DNA of 64,000 nt from Squalus acanthias. Taxonomy: Eukaryota. This document shows, piece after piece, positions 1-10,500 of this stretch. The DNA is taken from the NCBI GenBank assembly GCA_030390025.1, contig JASTWF010000088.1, forward strand, positions 992,001-1,056,000. Reading direction: 5' to 3'. The notes beneath the pieces were generated by a model. That model was given only the letters and a program-made list of their open reading frames with translations, had not been told where the DNA came from and did no database searches. The translations under genes and the position numbers were made by a program. Each line of letters opens with the position of its first letter. Within the stretch, counting starts at the first letter, position 1.

Positions 1-650
1 GTAAATAAGGTGGTTAAGAAGGCATACGGAATGCTTGCCTTTATTAGCCGTGGCATAGAATACAAAAGCAGGGGGTTTATGCTTCAACTGTATAAAATAC
101 TAGTTAGGCCTCAGCTAGAGTACTGCATGCAGTTCTGGTCACATTACAGGAAAGATGTGATTGCACTAGAGAGGGTACAGAGGAGATTTACAAGGATGTT
201 GCCGGGGAGTAGAGAATCTTAGCTATGGGGAAAGACTGGATAGGCTGGGTCTGTTTTCCTTGGAAAAGAGGAGGCTGAGGGGAGACCTTATTGAGGTGTA
301 TAAAATTATGAGGGGCATAAAGTGGATAGAAAGGACCTATTTCCCTTAGCAGAGGGGTCAAAAATCAGGGGGCACAGATTTAAAGTAATTGGGGGAAGGT
401 TTAGAGGGGAAATTTCTTCAACCAGAGGGTTGTGGGGGTCTGGAACTCACTGCCTGAAAGGGTGGTAGAGGCAGGAACCCTAACCACATTTAACAAGTAC
501 TTGGATGTGCACTTGGGATGCTCTAACTTGCAGGGCTGCGGGCCAAGAGCTGGGAAGTGGGATTAGGCTGGATAGCTCTTTGTTGGCCGGCGCGGACACA
601 ATGGGCCGAAATGGCCTCCTTCTGTGCTGTAACTTTCTCAGATTCTATGA
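1..650 (+). mobile_element. CR1 LINE 3' fragment (C-terminal ORF2 and 3' UTR), degenerate
   Basis: ORF 10-222 KKAYGMLAFISRGIEYKS...LVRPQLEYC...[14 protein letters not shown] is the CR1 ORF2 C-terminus. Frameshifted; ends near an ATTCTATG-type tail. Confidence 0.9.
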
Positions 651-1960
651 CAATCTCCCCACCCCAGGAACCAGTCTGGTGAAACTTCATTGCACTCCCT
701 CTATGGCAAGTATATCCTTCCTTAGGTAAGGAGACCAAAACTGTACACAATACTCCAGGTGTGGTCTCACCAGGGCCCTATATAATTGCAGTAAGACATC
801 TTTACTCTTATACTCAAATCCTCTTGTCATTAAGGACAACATACCATTTATTTTCCTAATTGCTTGCTGTACCTGCATGTTAACTTTCAGTGATTCATGT
901 ACAAGGACACCCAGGTCCCTCTGAACACCAACATTTCCCAATCTCTCACCATTTAAAAAATACTCTGCTTTTCTATTTTTCCTACCAAAGTGGATAACTT
1001 CACATTTCTCCACATTATATCCCATTTGCCATGTTCTTGCCCTCTCACTTAGTTTGTCTATATCCCCTTGAAGCCTTCTTGCATCCTCCTCACAACTTAC
1101 ATTCTCACCCAGCTTTGTATCCTCAGCAAACTTGGATAAATTACATTTGGTCCCCTCATCCAAATCATTGATGTAAATTGTGAATGAGGCCCACTAGTTA
1201 CAGCCTGCCAACCAAAAAATGACCCGTTTATTCCTACTCTCTGTCATACCTTTTAATGTAGTTTCCCAATCCACCTTAGCCAACTCGCCCCTCATACCTA
1301 CATAGTTTGCTTTGTTTAGACTTAAGACACTAGTTTCGGATTTAACTAAATCACTTTCAAACTCAATATAAAATTCTACCATATTATGGTCACACTCTTC
1401 CCTAAAGGCCCCTTTACTACAAGGTTATTAATTAACCCTTTCTCATTGCACAATACTAGCTCTAAAATAGCCTGTTCCCTAGTTGGTTCCTCAACATACT
1501 GATCTAGAAAGCTATCTTGCATACATTCCATGAATTCGGTTTCCATACTATTTGGTTTGCCCAGTCTATATGTAGCTTAAAGTCCTCCTGATTGCTGTAT
1601 TACCCTTGTTGCATGCGCTTCTAATTTCCTGATTTCTACTCTGCCCTACGTTACAAGTACTGTTGGGGGGCCTATAAACAACTCCCACCAATGTTTTCTG
1701 CCCCTTGCTGTTTCTTAGCTCCACCCAAACTGATTCTGCTTCTTGATTTTCAGAGTTAAGATCCTTTCTACTGTCTTTATCCCATCCTTTATTATCAGGG
1801 CCTACCCCTCTGCCATTTTGCCTATCTCTTCTAAAAGTTAAGTATCCTGGAATATTTAGTTCCCAACCTTGGCCACTTTGCAACCACGTCTCTGTTATGG
1901 CTATTGGATCAAACTGTTAATTTCTATCTACGCTGTTAATTCATCTATTCTGTGGCGATG
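651..1960 (-). mobile_element. CR1 LINE ORF2 fragments with internal deletions (endonuclease and RT pieces)
   Basis: Minus ORFs 687-1163 (SKFAEDTKLG...RPHLEYC), 1194-1382 and 1566-1883 (WELNIPGY...VGVVYRPPNS). Confidence 0.9.
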
Positions 1961-2064
1961 GTCCGAATGGTCCTATCTGGGTTTTAAATTCTTTTCTAAC
2001 CTCTGCTCAGGAGGCGGCGCACTCACCTCGGGACCCGGAACACCCAAACACTGAGGTTACTTAC

Positions 2065-2113
2065 TCGCCAGGCAGAGGGTCAGGACCGAGGCCAGGACCA
2101 CGATCTTCAGCAT
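2065..2113 (-). CDS. B2M: Signal-peptide first coding exon of an MHC-pathway gene, most likely beta-2-microglobulin exon 1. Remaining exons would lie left of the window.
   Basis: Reverse complement reads GCCATC-ATG CTG AAG ATC GTG GTC CTG GCC TCG GTC CTG ACC CTC TGC CTG GCG A|GTAAGT: good Kozak context, 16-aa hydrophobic leader MLKIVVLASVLTLCLA, phase-1 donor. It sits below a full SXY/ISRE promoter. The B2M call is from resemblance to elasmobranch b2m leaders as recalled, not from a search; another MHC gene leader is not excluded. Confidence 0.6.
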
Positions 2114-2212
2114 GATGGCTGTAGGCTCACTCCGGGTTCTCAGGCTCGGTTCGGGTTCTCGGGCTCGGGTTCAGGCTCCGCTCCAGTCGCTTCTCCCTCA
2201 CTCTCTGCTCTT

Positions 2213-2296
2213 CACTTCCTGGGTTCCCGATTAAACTGCAACAAAAAAGCGCCCGAGCACCAATCAGAAAAAGACTGGCCGCGCTCCGCCCCGCCC
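2213..2296 (-). promoter_or_regulatory. Proximal GC-rich promoter: Ets-like AGGAAGTG, second inverted CCAAT, Sp1 GC box
   Basis: Plus strand cacttcct 2213-2220, CCAATCAG 2260-2267 (CTGATTGG on minus), ccgccccgccc 2286-2296; CpG-rich. Confidence 0.65.
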
Positions 2297-2310
2297 ACTC
2301 ACCCAATTCT

Positions 2311-2376
2311 AGCCAATCGCAATATTCATCCCCAACGAGTCATCGGTCTCCGGGTAAAAGACCGCTGAACAGTTTG
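2311..2376 (-). promoter_or_regulatory. MHC S-X1-X2-Y enhanceosome module (RFX, CREB/ATF, NF-Y; NLRC5/CIITA target)
   Basis: Minus strand: S CAAACT (2376-2371), 16-nt spacer, X1 CCCGGAGACCGATG (2354-2341) overlapping X2 TGACTCG (2342-2336), 20 nt from X1 end to Y GCGATTGGCT (2320-2311). Both spacings match the conserved MHC SXY geometry. Confidence 0.85.
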
Positions 2377-2426
2377 CGAATCGGGAGAGTGAGAGAGGGC
2401 GGGTCGGCGAGGGCAGTAGGAGCGGC

Positions 2427-2438
2427 GAAAGCGAAACC
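2427..2438 (-). promoter_or_regulatory. ISRE / IRF element
   Basis: GGTTTCGCTTTC on minus (GAAAGCGAAACC on plus), upstream of the S box as in class I and B2M promoters. Confidence 0.8.
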
Positions 2439-2469
2439 CAGGGACAAGCAATCGCTGGTCTCACATATT

Positions 2470-3276
2470 TACAGCCATGTACAGAGATAGGGAAGGGGTC
2501 CACACAGATAGGAAACAGGCACACAGAGAGGGGGTACATGTACACAGAGAGAAGGGAACATGTACACAGAGAGAGGCTACATGTACACAGAGATATGGAA
2601 CATGTACACAGAGATAGGAAACATGTACACAGAGAGAGGGAACATGTACATAGAGATAGGAAACATGTACACAGAAATAGGGTACATGTACACAGATAGG
2701 GTACATGTACACAGAGATAGGAAACATGTCAACAAATAGGAAACATGTACACAGAGATAGGGTACATGTACACAAAGGTAGGAAACATGTACACAGAGAT
2801 AGGGAACATGTACACAGAGATAGGGAACATGTACACAGAGATAGGAAACCTGTACACAGAGAGAGGGTACACTTACACAAAGATAGGGTACATGTACACA
2901 GAGAGAGGGAACATGTACACAGAGATAGGAAACATGCAGACAGAGAGAGGGTACATGTACACAGAGATAGGAAACATGCACACAGAGATAGCATACATGT
3001 ACACAGAGCTAGGGTACATGTCCACAGAGATAGGGAACATGCAGACAGAGATAGGAACCATGTACACAGAGATAGGGTACATGTACACAGAGAAAGGAAC
3101 ATGTACACAGAGATAGTGAACATGTACACAGAGAGATAGGGAACATGTACACAGAGATAGGGTACATGTACACAGAGATAGGGAACATGTACACAGAGAG
3201 AGGTAACATGTACACAAGAGAAGGAACATGTACACAGAGAGAGGGAACATGTACACAAAAATAGGCAACATGTACT
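2470..3276. repeat. ~21-bp minisatellite (CATGTACACAGAGATAGGGAA-like), main block
   Basis: Tandem 20-23 bp units; source of the low-complexity MYTEIGN/SLCTC ORFs. Continues at ~4266-4460 and ~6294-6368 after TE insertions. Confidence 0.95.
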
Positions 3277-4265
3277 TCTCTGCTTCTTCGTAGGCAGAAC
3301 CGAGGATGACTTGCTTTCACATTAAAAATGAGTTCGCAGGTGACTGATGAGTCCAATGCGGGACCTACAGTCTCTGTCACAGGTGGGGCAGATGGTGGTT
3401 GAAGGGGCAGGTGGGTGGGGTGCTTGGTTTGACGTGTGCTCCTTGCGCTGCCTGCGCTTGGCTTCTGCTTGCTCCCGGCGAAGAGACTCGAGGTGTTCGA
3501 CGCCTTCCCGGATGCTTATCCTCCACTTTGTGCGGTCTTGGGCCAGGGATTCCCAGGTGTCGGTGGGGATGTTGCACTTTTTCAAGGAGGCTGTGAGGGT
3601 GTCCTTGAAGCGTTTCCTCTGCCCACCTGGGGCTCTCTTGCCGTGCCGGAGCTCTGAGTAGAGCGCTTGTTTTGGGAGTCTCGTATTGGGCATGCGGACA
3701 ATGTGACCCGTCCATCGGAGCTGATCGAGCGTGGTCAAAGCTTCGATGCTGGGGATGTTGGCCTGAGCGAGAACACTGACGTTGGTGCGCCTATCCTGCC
3801 AATGGATTTGCAGGATCTTGCGGAGGCAGCGTTGGTGGTACCTTTGAGGTGCCTGCTGTACATGGTCCATGTCTCTGAGGCATACAGCAGGGCGGGTATC
3901 ACTGCTGTTCTGTAGACCATGAGCTTAGTGCCGGATTTGAGGTCCTGGTGTTCAAACACTCTCTTCCTCAGGTGACCAAAGGCTGCACTGGCACACTGAA
4001 GGCAGTGTTGGCCTTCATCATCGAATCTGCCCTTGTTAATGGTAGGCTCCCGAGGTATGGAAAGTGGTCCACGTTGTCCAAGGCCTTGTTGTGGATTTTG
4101 ATAATCGTGGCCGGTACTGTGTGGCGGGGGCAGGTTGGTAGAGGACCTTTGTCTTACGGATGTTTAGTGTAAGGCCCATGCTCTCGTACGCTTCGGTGAA
4201 GGTGTTGACGATGGTTTGGAGTTCGACCTCCGAGTGAGCGCAGACGCAAGCGTCGTCTGCATACT
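3277..4265 (-). mobile_element. RTE-clade non-LTR retrotransposon, 3' part, with deletions/frameshifts
   Basis: Minus translations give QYADDACV (RT), KLMVYRTAVIPALLYASETWT, RCLRKILQIHWQDR...LRWTGHIVRM..RLPKQALYSEL and a terminal CPTC...H..H zinc finger. Confidence 0.9.
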
Positions 4266-4460
4266 GTAATAGAAATGCACAGAGATAGAAAATGTACACC
4301 AAGATAGGGAACATGTACACAGAGATAGAAAACATGTACACAAAGATAAGGAACATGTACACAGAGATAGGAAACAAGTACTCAGAGATAGGGTGCATGT
4401 ACATATAGTCAGAGAACATGCATTCAGAGAGAGGGTACCTGTACTCGGAGATAGGGTACA
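4266..4460. repeat. Continuation of the ~21-bp minisatellite
   Basis: Same CATGTACACAGAGATAGG units resume after the RTE. Confidence 0.85.
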
Positions 4461-4985
4461 GAGTTTGGACTGGAGAAATTGAATGATGAGGATAGACAGA
4501 CTGGAGAATTTTAGCTAAAGATTTTAGCTATGAGGAAAAATTGGATAGGCTGGGGTTGTTTTCTTTGAAACAGAGGAGGTGGAGGGGAGACTTGATTGAG
4601 GTGTATAAAGTTATGTGGGCCCTAGTAAGAGTGGACAGGAAGGACTTATTTCGCTTAGCAGTGAGGTCACTAACCAGGGGGCATAGATTTAAAGTAATTG
4701 GGAGAAGGATTAGAGGGGTGTTGAGGAGAACCTTTTTCACCCAGAGGGTGGTGGGGGTCTGGAACTCAGTGCCTGAAAGGGTGGTAGAGACAGAAACGCT
4801 CATCGCTTTTAAAAAGTACTTGGATATGCACTTGAAGTGCCGTAACTTGCAGGGCTACGGACCAAGAGCAGGAAAGTGGGGTGAGGCTGGATAGCTCTTT
4901 TTCAGCCAGCACAGACACAATGGGGCGAATGGCCTCCTTCTATACCGCAAATTTCTATGATTCTATGATATGATTCTATGATATA
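4461..4985 (+). mobile_element. CR1 LINE 3' end
   Basis: ORF 4541-4894 [20 protein letters not shown]...FFTQRVVGVWN; ATTCTATG-type tail. Confidence 0.9.
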
Positions 4986-5041
4986 TACAAAAATGAGAAG
5001 TCGCACAACACCAGGTTATAGTCCAACAGATTTATTTAATT

Positions 5042-5080
5042 TTACAAGCTTTCGAAGCAGTTCGCTCCTTCGTCAGGTAA
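5042..5080 (-). ncRNA. Minimal type I hammerhead ribozyme motif (Penelope pLTR copy 1)
   Basis: Reverse complement of 6166-6204; same strand as, and downstream of, the GIY-YIG ORF. Confidence 0.75.
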
Positions 5081-6165
5081 GTTAGCAATGAGAGAATCTC
5101 CCAGAATTCACAATTTAAACCCAGACAAAATCTATTCACATTATTCCCTACAACAAAGAGCACAGCCAAGACAATGAGATGTGTCCCAGGGGGTCCAACG
5201 TGTCAAACCACCTGCTGGCTGCATATCCTGTCAATTTGTGTTCTTGTGTTAGTCTCTTTAAAAAAAAACCCTGGGAAGACCGGCCATGATGTCAAGTCAC
5301 GTTCTGTATCGTGACATGAACCCGATATCGCGATTGAGGCCATCCTCATGAGTGCGGAACTTGGCTATCAGTTTCTGCTCTATGATTTTGCGCTGTCGTG
5401 TATCTCGAAGGCCGCCTTGGAGAACGCTTACCCGCAGATCCGAGGCTGAATGCCCCTGGCTGCTGAAGTGTTCCCCGACTGGGAGGCAACCCTCCTGCCT
5501 GGCGATTGTTGCGCGGTGTCCGTTCATACGTTGTCTCAGTGTCTGCATGGTCTCGCCGATGTACCATGCTCTGGAGCATCCTTTACTGCAACGTATCAGG
5601 TAGACAACGTTGGCCGAGTCACATGAGTATGTACCGTGTACCTGGTGGGTAGTGTCCTCACGTGTAATGATGGTATCTGTGTCCATGATTTGGCATGTCT
5701 TGCAGAGGTTGCCGTGGCAGGGTTGTGTGGTGTCTTGGTTGCTGTTCTCCTGAAAGATGGGTAATCTGCTGCGAACGATGGTACTTTTGAGGTTAGGCGG
5801 CTGCTTGAAGGCGAGTAGTGGAGGCGTGGGGATGGCCTTAGCAAGGTGTTCGTCGTCATCGATGACATGTTGAAGGCTGCGAAGAACATGGCGTAGTTTT
5901 TCCGCTCCGGGGAAGTACTGGACGACGTAGACCTACAGAACGTGACTTGACATCATGGCCGGTCTTCCCAGGTGTGTTTTTTTTTAAAAAAGGCTAACAC
6001 AAGAACACAAATTGACAGGATATGCAGCCAGCAGGTGGTTTGACACGTTGGACCCCCTGGGACACATCTCATTGTCTTGGCTGTGCTCTTTGTTGTAGGG
6101 AATAATGTGAATAGATTTTGTCTGGGTTTAAATTGTGAATTCTGGGAGATTCTCTCATTGCTAAC

Positions 6166-6204
6166 TTACCTGACGAAGGAGCGAACTGCTTCGAAAGCTT
6201 GTAA
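6166..6204 (+). ncRNA. Minimal type I hammerhead ribozyme motif (Penelope pLTR copy 2)
   Basis: TTAC-CTGACGA-A-GGAGC gaact GCTTC-GAAA-GC-TT-GTAA: CUGANGA and GAAA cores, 5-bp stem II, palindromic AGCT helix III, 4-bp stem I TTAC/GTAA. Confidence 0.75.
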
Positions 6205-6368
6205 AATTAAATAAATCTGTTGGACTATAACCTGGTGTTGTGCGACTTCTCATTTTTGTCCACCCCAGTCCAACGCCGGCATCTCCACATCATGATATAT
6301 ACAGAGTTAGGAAACATGCACACAGTGTTAGGGGACATATAAACAACAGGGAACATGTACACAGAGAA

Positions 6369-7565
6369 GTGATGGAAGGTGTTGTAGACAGTGCTATCAA
6401 GCGGCACTTACCAGTAACTTGCTCATCGATGCTCAGTTTGGGTTCTACCAGGATCACTCGGCTCCAGACTTCATTACAGCCTTGGTCCAAACATGGACAA
6501 AAGAGCTGAATTCCAGAGGTGAGGTGAGAGTGACTGCCTTTGACATCAAGGCAGCATTTGACCGAGTGTGGCATCACGGAGCCTGAGGAAAATTGAAGCC
6601 AATGGGAATCAGGAGGAAAACTCTCCACTGGCTGGAGTCATACCTAGCACAAAGGAAGATGGTTGTTGTTCTGGATGCCAATCATCTCAGCCCCATGATA
6701 TCACTGCAGGAGTTCCTCAGTGTCCTAGGCTCAAGCATCTTCAGCTGCTTCATCAATGATCTTCCCTCCATCATAAGGTCAGAAGTGGGGATGTTCGCTA
6801 ATGATTGCACAGTGTTCAGTTCCATTCGCAACTCCTCTCATAATGAGGCAGTCCGTGACCGCATGCAGCAAGACCTGGACAACATTCAGGCTTAGGCTGA
6901 TAAGTGGCAGGTAACATTCGCACGACACAAGTGCCAGGCAATGACCATCTCCAACAAGAGAAAGTCTAACCACCGCCCCTTGACAGTCAACGGCATTATC
7001 ATTGTTGAATCCCCCACTATCAACATCCTGGAGGTCACAATTGACCAGAAACTTAACTGGACCAACCACATAAATACTGTGGCTATAACAGCAGGTCAGA
7101 GGCTGGGTATTCTGTGGCAAGTGACTCACCTCCTGACTCCCCAAAGCCTTTCCACCATCTACAAGGCACATGTCAGGAGTGTGATGGAATACTCTCCACT
7201 TGCCTGGATGAGTGCAGCTCCAGCAACACTCAAATAGCTCAACACCATCCAGGACAAAGCAGCCCGTTTGATTGGCCCCCCATCCACCACCTTAAACATT
7301 CATTCCCTCCACCACCGGCACACCGTGGTTGCAGTGTATACCATCTACAAGATGCACTGCAGCAACTCGCCAAGGCTTCTTCGACAGCACCGCCCAAACC
7401 CGCAACCTCTACCACCTGGAAGGACAAGGGCAGCAGGCACAAGGGAACACCACCACCTCCAAGTACCCCTCCAACTCACACACCACCCTGACATGGAAAT
7501 ATATTGCCGTTCCTTCAGCGTCGCTGGGTCAAAATCCTGGAACTCCCTCCCGAACAGCACTCTGG
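6369..7565 (+). mobile_element. CR1/L2-group non-LTR element RT region (family distinct from the other CR1s), degenerate and 3'-truncated at the satellite
   Basis: Translations include FDIKAAFDRVWH, LGSSIFSCFINDL..MFANDCTV, IYKAHVRSVMEYSPLAW; several stops and frameshifts. Confidence 0.85.
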
Positions 7566-10500
7566 GATTGGGTGGTGAGAGGGATCGGGTGGTGTGAGTT
7601 GGATCGGGTGGTGTGAGTTGGATCGGGTGGTGTGAGCGGGATCGGGTGGTGTTAGTTGGATCGGGTGGTGTGAGCGGGATCGGGTGGTGTGATTTGGATC
7701 GGTTGGTGTGAGCGGGATCGGGTGGTGTGAGCGGGATCGGCTGGTGTGAGTGGGATCGGGTGGTGTGAGTTGGATCGGGTGGTGTGAGTGGGATCGGGTG
7801 GTGTGAGTGGGATCGGGTGGTGTGAGTTGGATCGGGTGGTGTGAGTTGGATCGGGTGGTGTGAGTTGGATCGGGTGGTGTGAGTTGGATCGGGTGGTGTG
7901 AGCGGGATCGGGTGGTGTGAGTTGGATCGGGTGGTGTGAGTTGGATCGGGTGGTGTGAGTTGGATCGGGTGGTGTGAGCGGGATCGTGTGGTGTGAGTTG
8001 GATCGGGTGGTGTGAGCTGGATCGGGTGGTGTGAGCTGGATCGGGTGGTGTGAGTTGGATCGGGTGGTGTGAGTTGGATCGGGTGGTGTGAGTTGGATCG
8101 GGTGGTGTGAGTTGGATCGGGTGGTGTGAGTTAGATCGGGTGGTGTGAGTTGGATCGCGTGGTGTGAGCGGGATCGGGTGGTGTGAGTTGGATCGGGTGG
8201 TGTGAGTTGGATCGGGTGGTGTGAGTGGGATCGGGTGGTGTGAGTTGGATCGGGTGGTGTGAGCGGGATCGGGTGGTGTGAGTTGGATCGGGTGGTGTGT
8301 GCTGGATCGGGTGGTGTGAGTTGGATCGGGTGGTGTGAGTTGGATCGGGTGGTGTGAGTTGGATCGGGTGGTGTGAGCTGGATCGGGTGGTGTGAGCGGG
8401 ATCGGGTTGTGTGAGCGGGATCAGGTGGTGTGAGCGGGATCGGGTGGTGTGAGTTGGATCGGGTGGTGTGAGTTGGATCGGGTGGTGTGGGTTGGATCGG
8501 GTGGTGTGAGTGGGATCGGGTGGTGTGAGTTGGATCGGGTGGTGTGAGTGGGATCGGGTGGTGTGAGTTGGATCGGTTGGTGTGAGTTGGATCGGGTGGT
8601 GTGAGTTGGATCGGTGGTGTTACATGGATCGGGTGGTGTGAGTTGGATCGGTGGTGTTACTTGGATCGGGTGGTGTGAGTTGGATCGGGTGGTGTGAGCG
8701 GAATCGGGTGGTGTGAGCGGAATCGTGTGGTGTGAGTTGGATCGGGTGGTGTGATTTGGATCGGGTGGTGTGAGCTGGATCGCGTGGTGTGAGCGGGATC
8801 GGGTGGTGTGAGTTGGATCGGATGGTGTGAGTTTGATCGGGTGGTGTGAGTTGGATCGGGTGGTGTGAGTTGGTTCGGGTGGTGTGAGTTGGATCGGGTG
8901 GTGTGAGTTGGATCGGGTGGTGTGAGTTGGATCGGGTGGTGTGAGCGGGATCGGGTGGTGTGAGCGGGATCGGGTGATGTGAGCGGGATCGGGTGGTGTG
9001 AGTGGGATCGGGTGGTGTGAGTGGGATCGGGTGGTGTGAGTGTGATCGGTTGGTGTGAGTGGGATCGGGTGGACAGAGCTGGATCGGGTGGTGTGTGTTG
9101 AATCGGGAGGTGTGAGTTGGATCGGGTGGTGTGTGTTGAATCGGGTGGTGTGAGTTGGATCGGGTGGTGTGAGTTGGATCGGGTGGTGTGAGCGGGATCG
9201 GGTGGTGTGAGCGGGATCGGGTGGTGTGAGTTGGATCGGGTGGTGTGAGTTGGATCGGGTGGTGTGAGTTGGATCGGGTGGTGTGAGTGGGATCGGGTGG
9301 TGTGAGTGGGATCGGGTGGTGTGAGTGGGATCGGGTGGTGTGAGTTGGATCGGGTGGTGTGAGTTGGATCGTGTGGTGTGAGTTGGATTGGGTGGTGTGA
9401 GTTGGATCGGGTGGTGTGAGCTGGATCGGGTGGTGTGAGCGGGATCGGGTGGTGTGAGCTGGATCGGATGGTGTGAGTTTGATCGGGTGGTGTGAGTTGG
9501 ATCGGGTGGTGTGTGTTGGATCGGGTGGTGTGAGTTGGATCGGGTGGTGTGAGTTGGATCGGGTGGTGTGAGTGGGATCGGGTGGTGTGCGTGGGATCGG
9601 GTGGTGTGAGTTGGATCGGGTGGTGTGAGTTGGATCGGGTGGTGTGAGCTGGATCGGGTGGTGTGAGTTGGATCGGGTGGTGTGAGTTGGATCGGGTGGT
9701 GTGAGTTGGATCGGGTGGTGTGATTTGGATCGGGTGGTGTGAGTTGGATCGTGTGGTGTGAGTTGGATCGGGTGGTGAGTGCTGGATCGGGTGGTGTGAG
9801 TTGGATCGGGTGGTGTGAGTTGGATCGGGTGGTGTGAGTTGGATCGGGTGGTGTGAGTTGGATCGGGTGGTGTGAGCGGGATCGGGTTGTGTGAGCGGGA
9901 TCGGGTGGTGTGAGCGGGATCGGGTGGTGTGAGTTGGATCGGGTGGTGTGAGTTGGATCGGGTGGTGTGGGTTGGATCGGGTGGTGTGAGTGGGATCGAG
10001 TGGTGTGAGTTGGATCGGATGGTGTGAGTGGGATCGGGTGGTGTGAGTTGGATCGGGTGGTGTGAGTTGGATCGGGTGGTGTGACTGGGATCGGGTGGTG
10101 TGAGTTGGATCGGTTGGTGTGAGTTGGATCGGGTGGTGTGAGTTGGATCGGTGGTGTTACTTGGATCGGGTGGTGTGAGTTGGATCGGTGGTGTTACTTG
10201 GATCGGGTGGTGTGAGTTGGATCGGGTGGTGTGAGCGGAATCGGGTGGTGTGAGCGGAATCGTGTGGTGTGAGTTGGATCGGGTGGTGTGATTTGGATCG
10301 GGTGGTGTGAGCTGGATCGGGTGGTGTGAGCGGGATCGGGTGGTGTGAGCGGGATCGGGTGGTGTGAGTGTGATCGGTTGGTGTGAGTGGGATCGGGTGG
10401 ACAGAGCTGGATCGGGTGGTGTGTGTTGAATCGGGAGGTGTGAGTTGGATCGGGTGGTGTGTGTTGAATCGGGTGGTGTGAGTTGGATCGGGTGGTGTGA

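Larger units (their letters stand above)
4989..6293 (-). mobile_element. Penelope-like element: 5'-truncated GIY-YIG endonuclease end flanked by inverted pseudo-LTRs
   Basis: ORF 5297-5686 has NVVYLIRCSKGCSRAWYIGETMQTLRQRMNGHR (GIY-YIG, Penelope type). 4989-5308 is the reverse complement of 5934-6256. Confidence 0.9.

Noticed and set aside
2461-3380. Cys/His-rich ORFs (SLCTC, MYTEIGN repeats)
   Set aside because: Translations of the 21-bp minisatellite on both strands.
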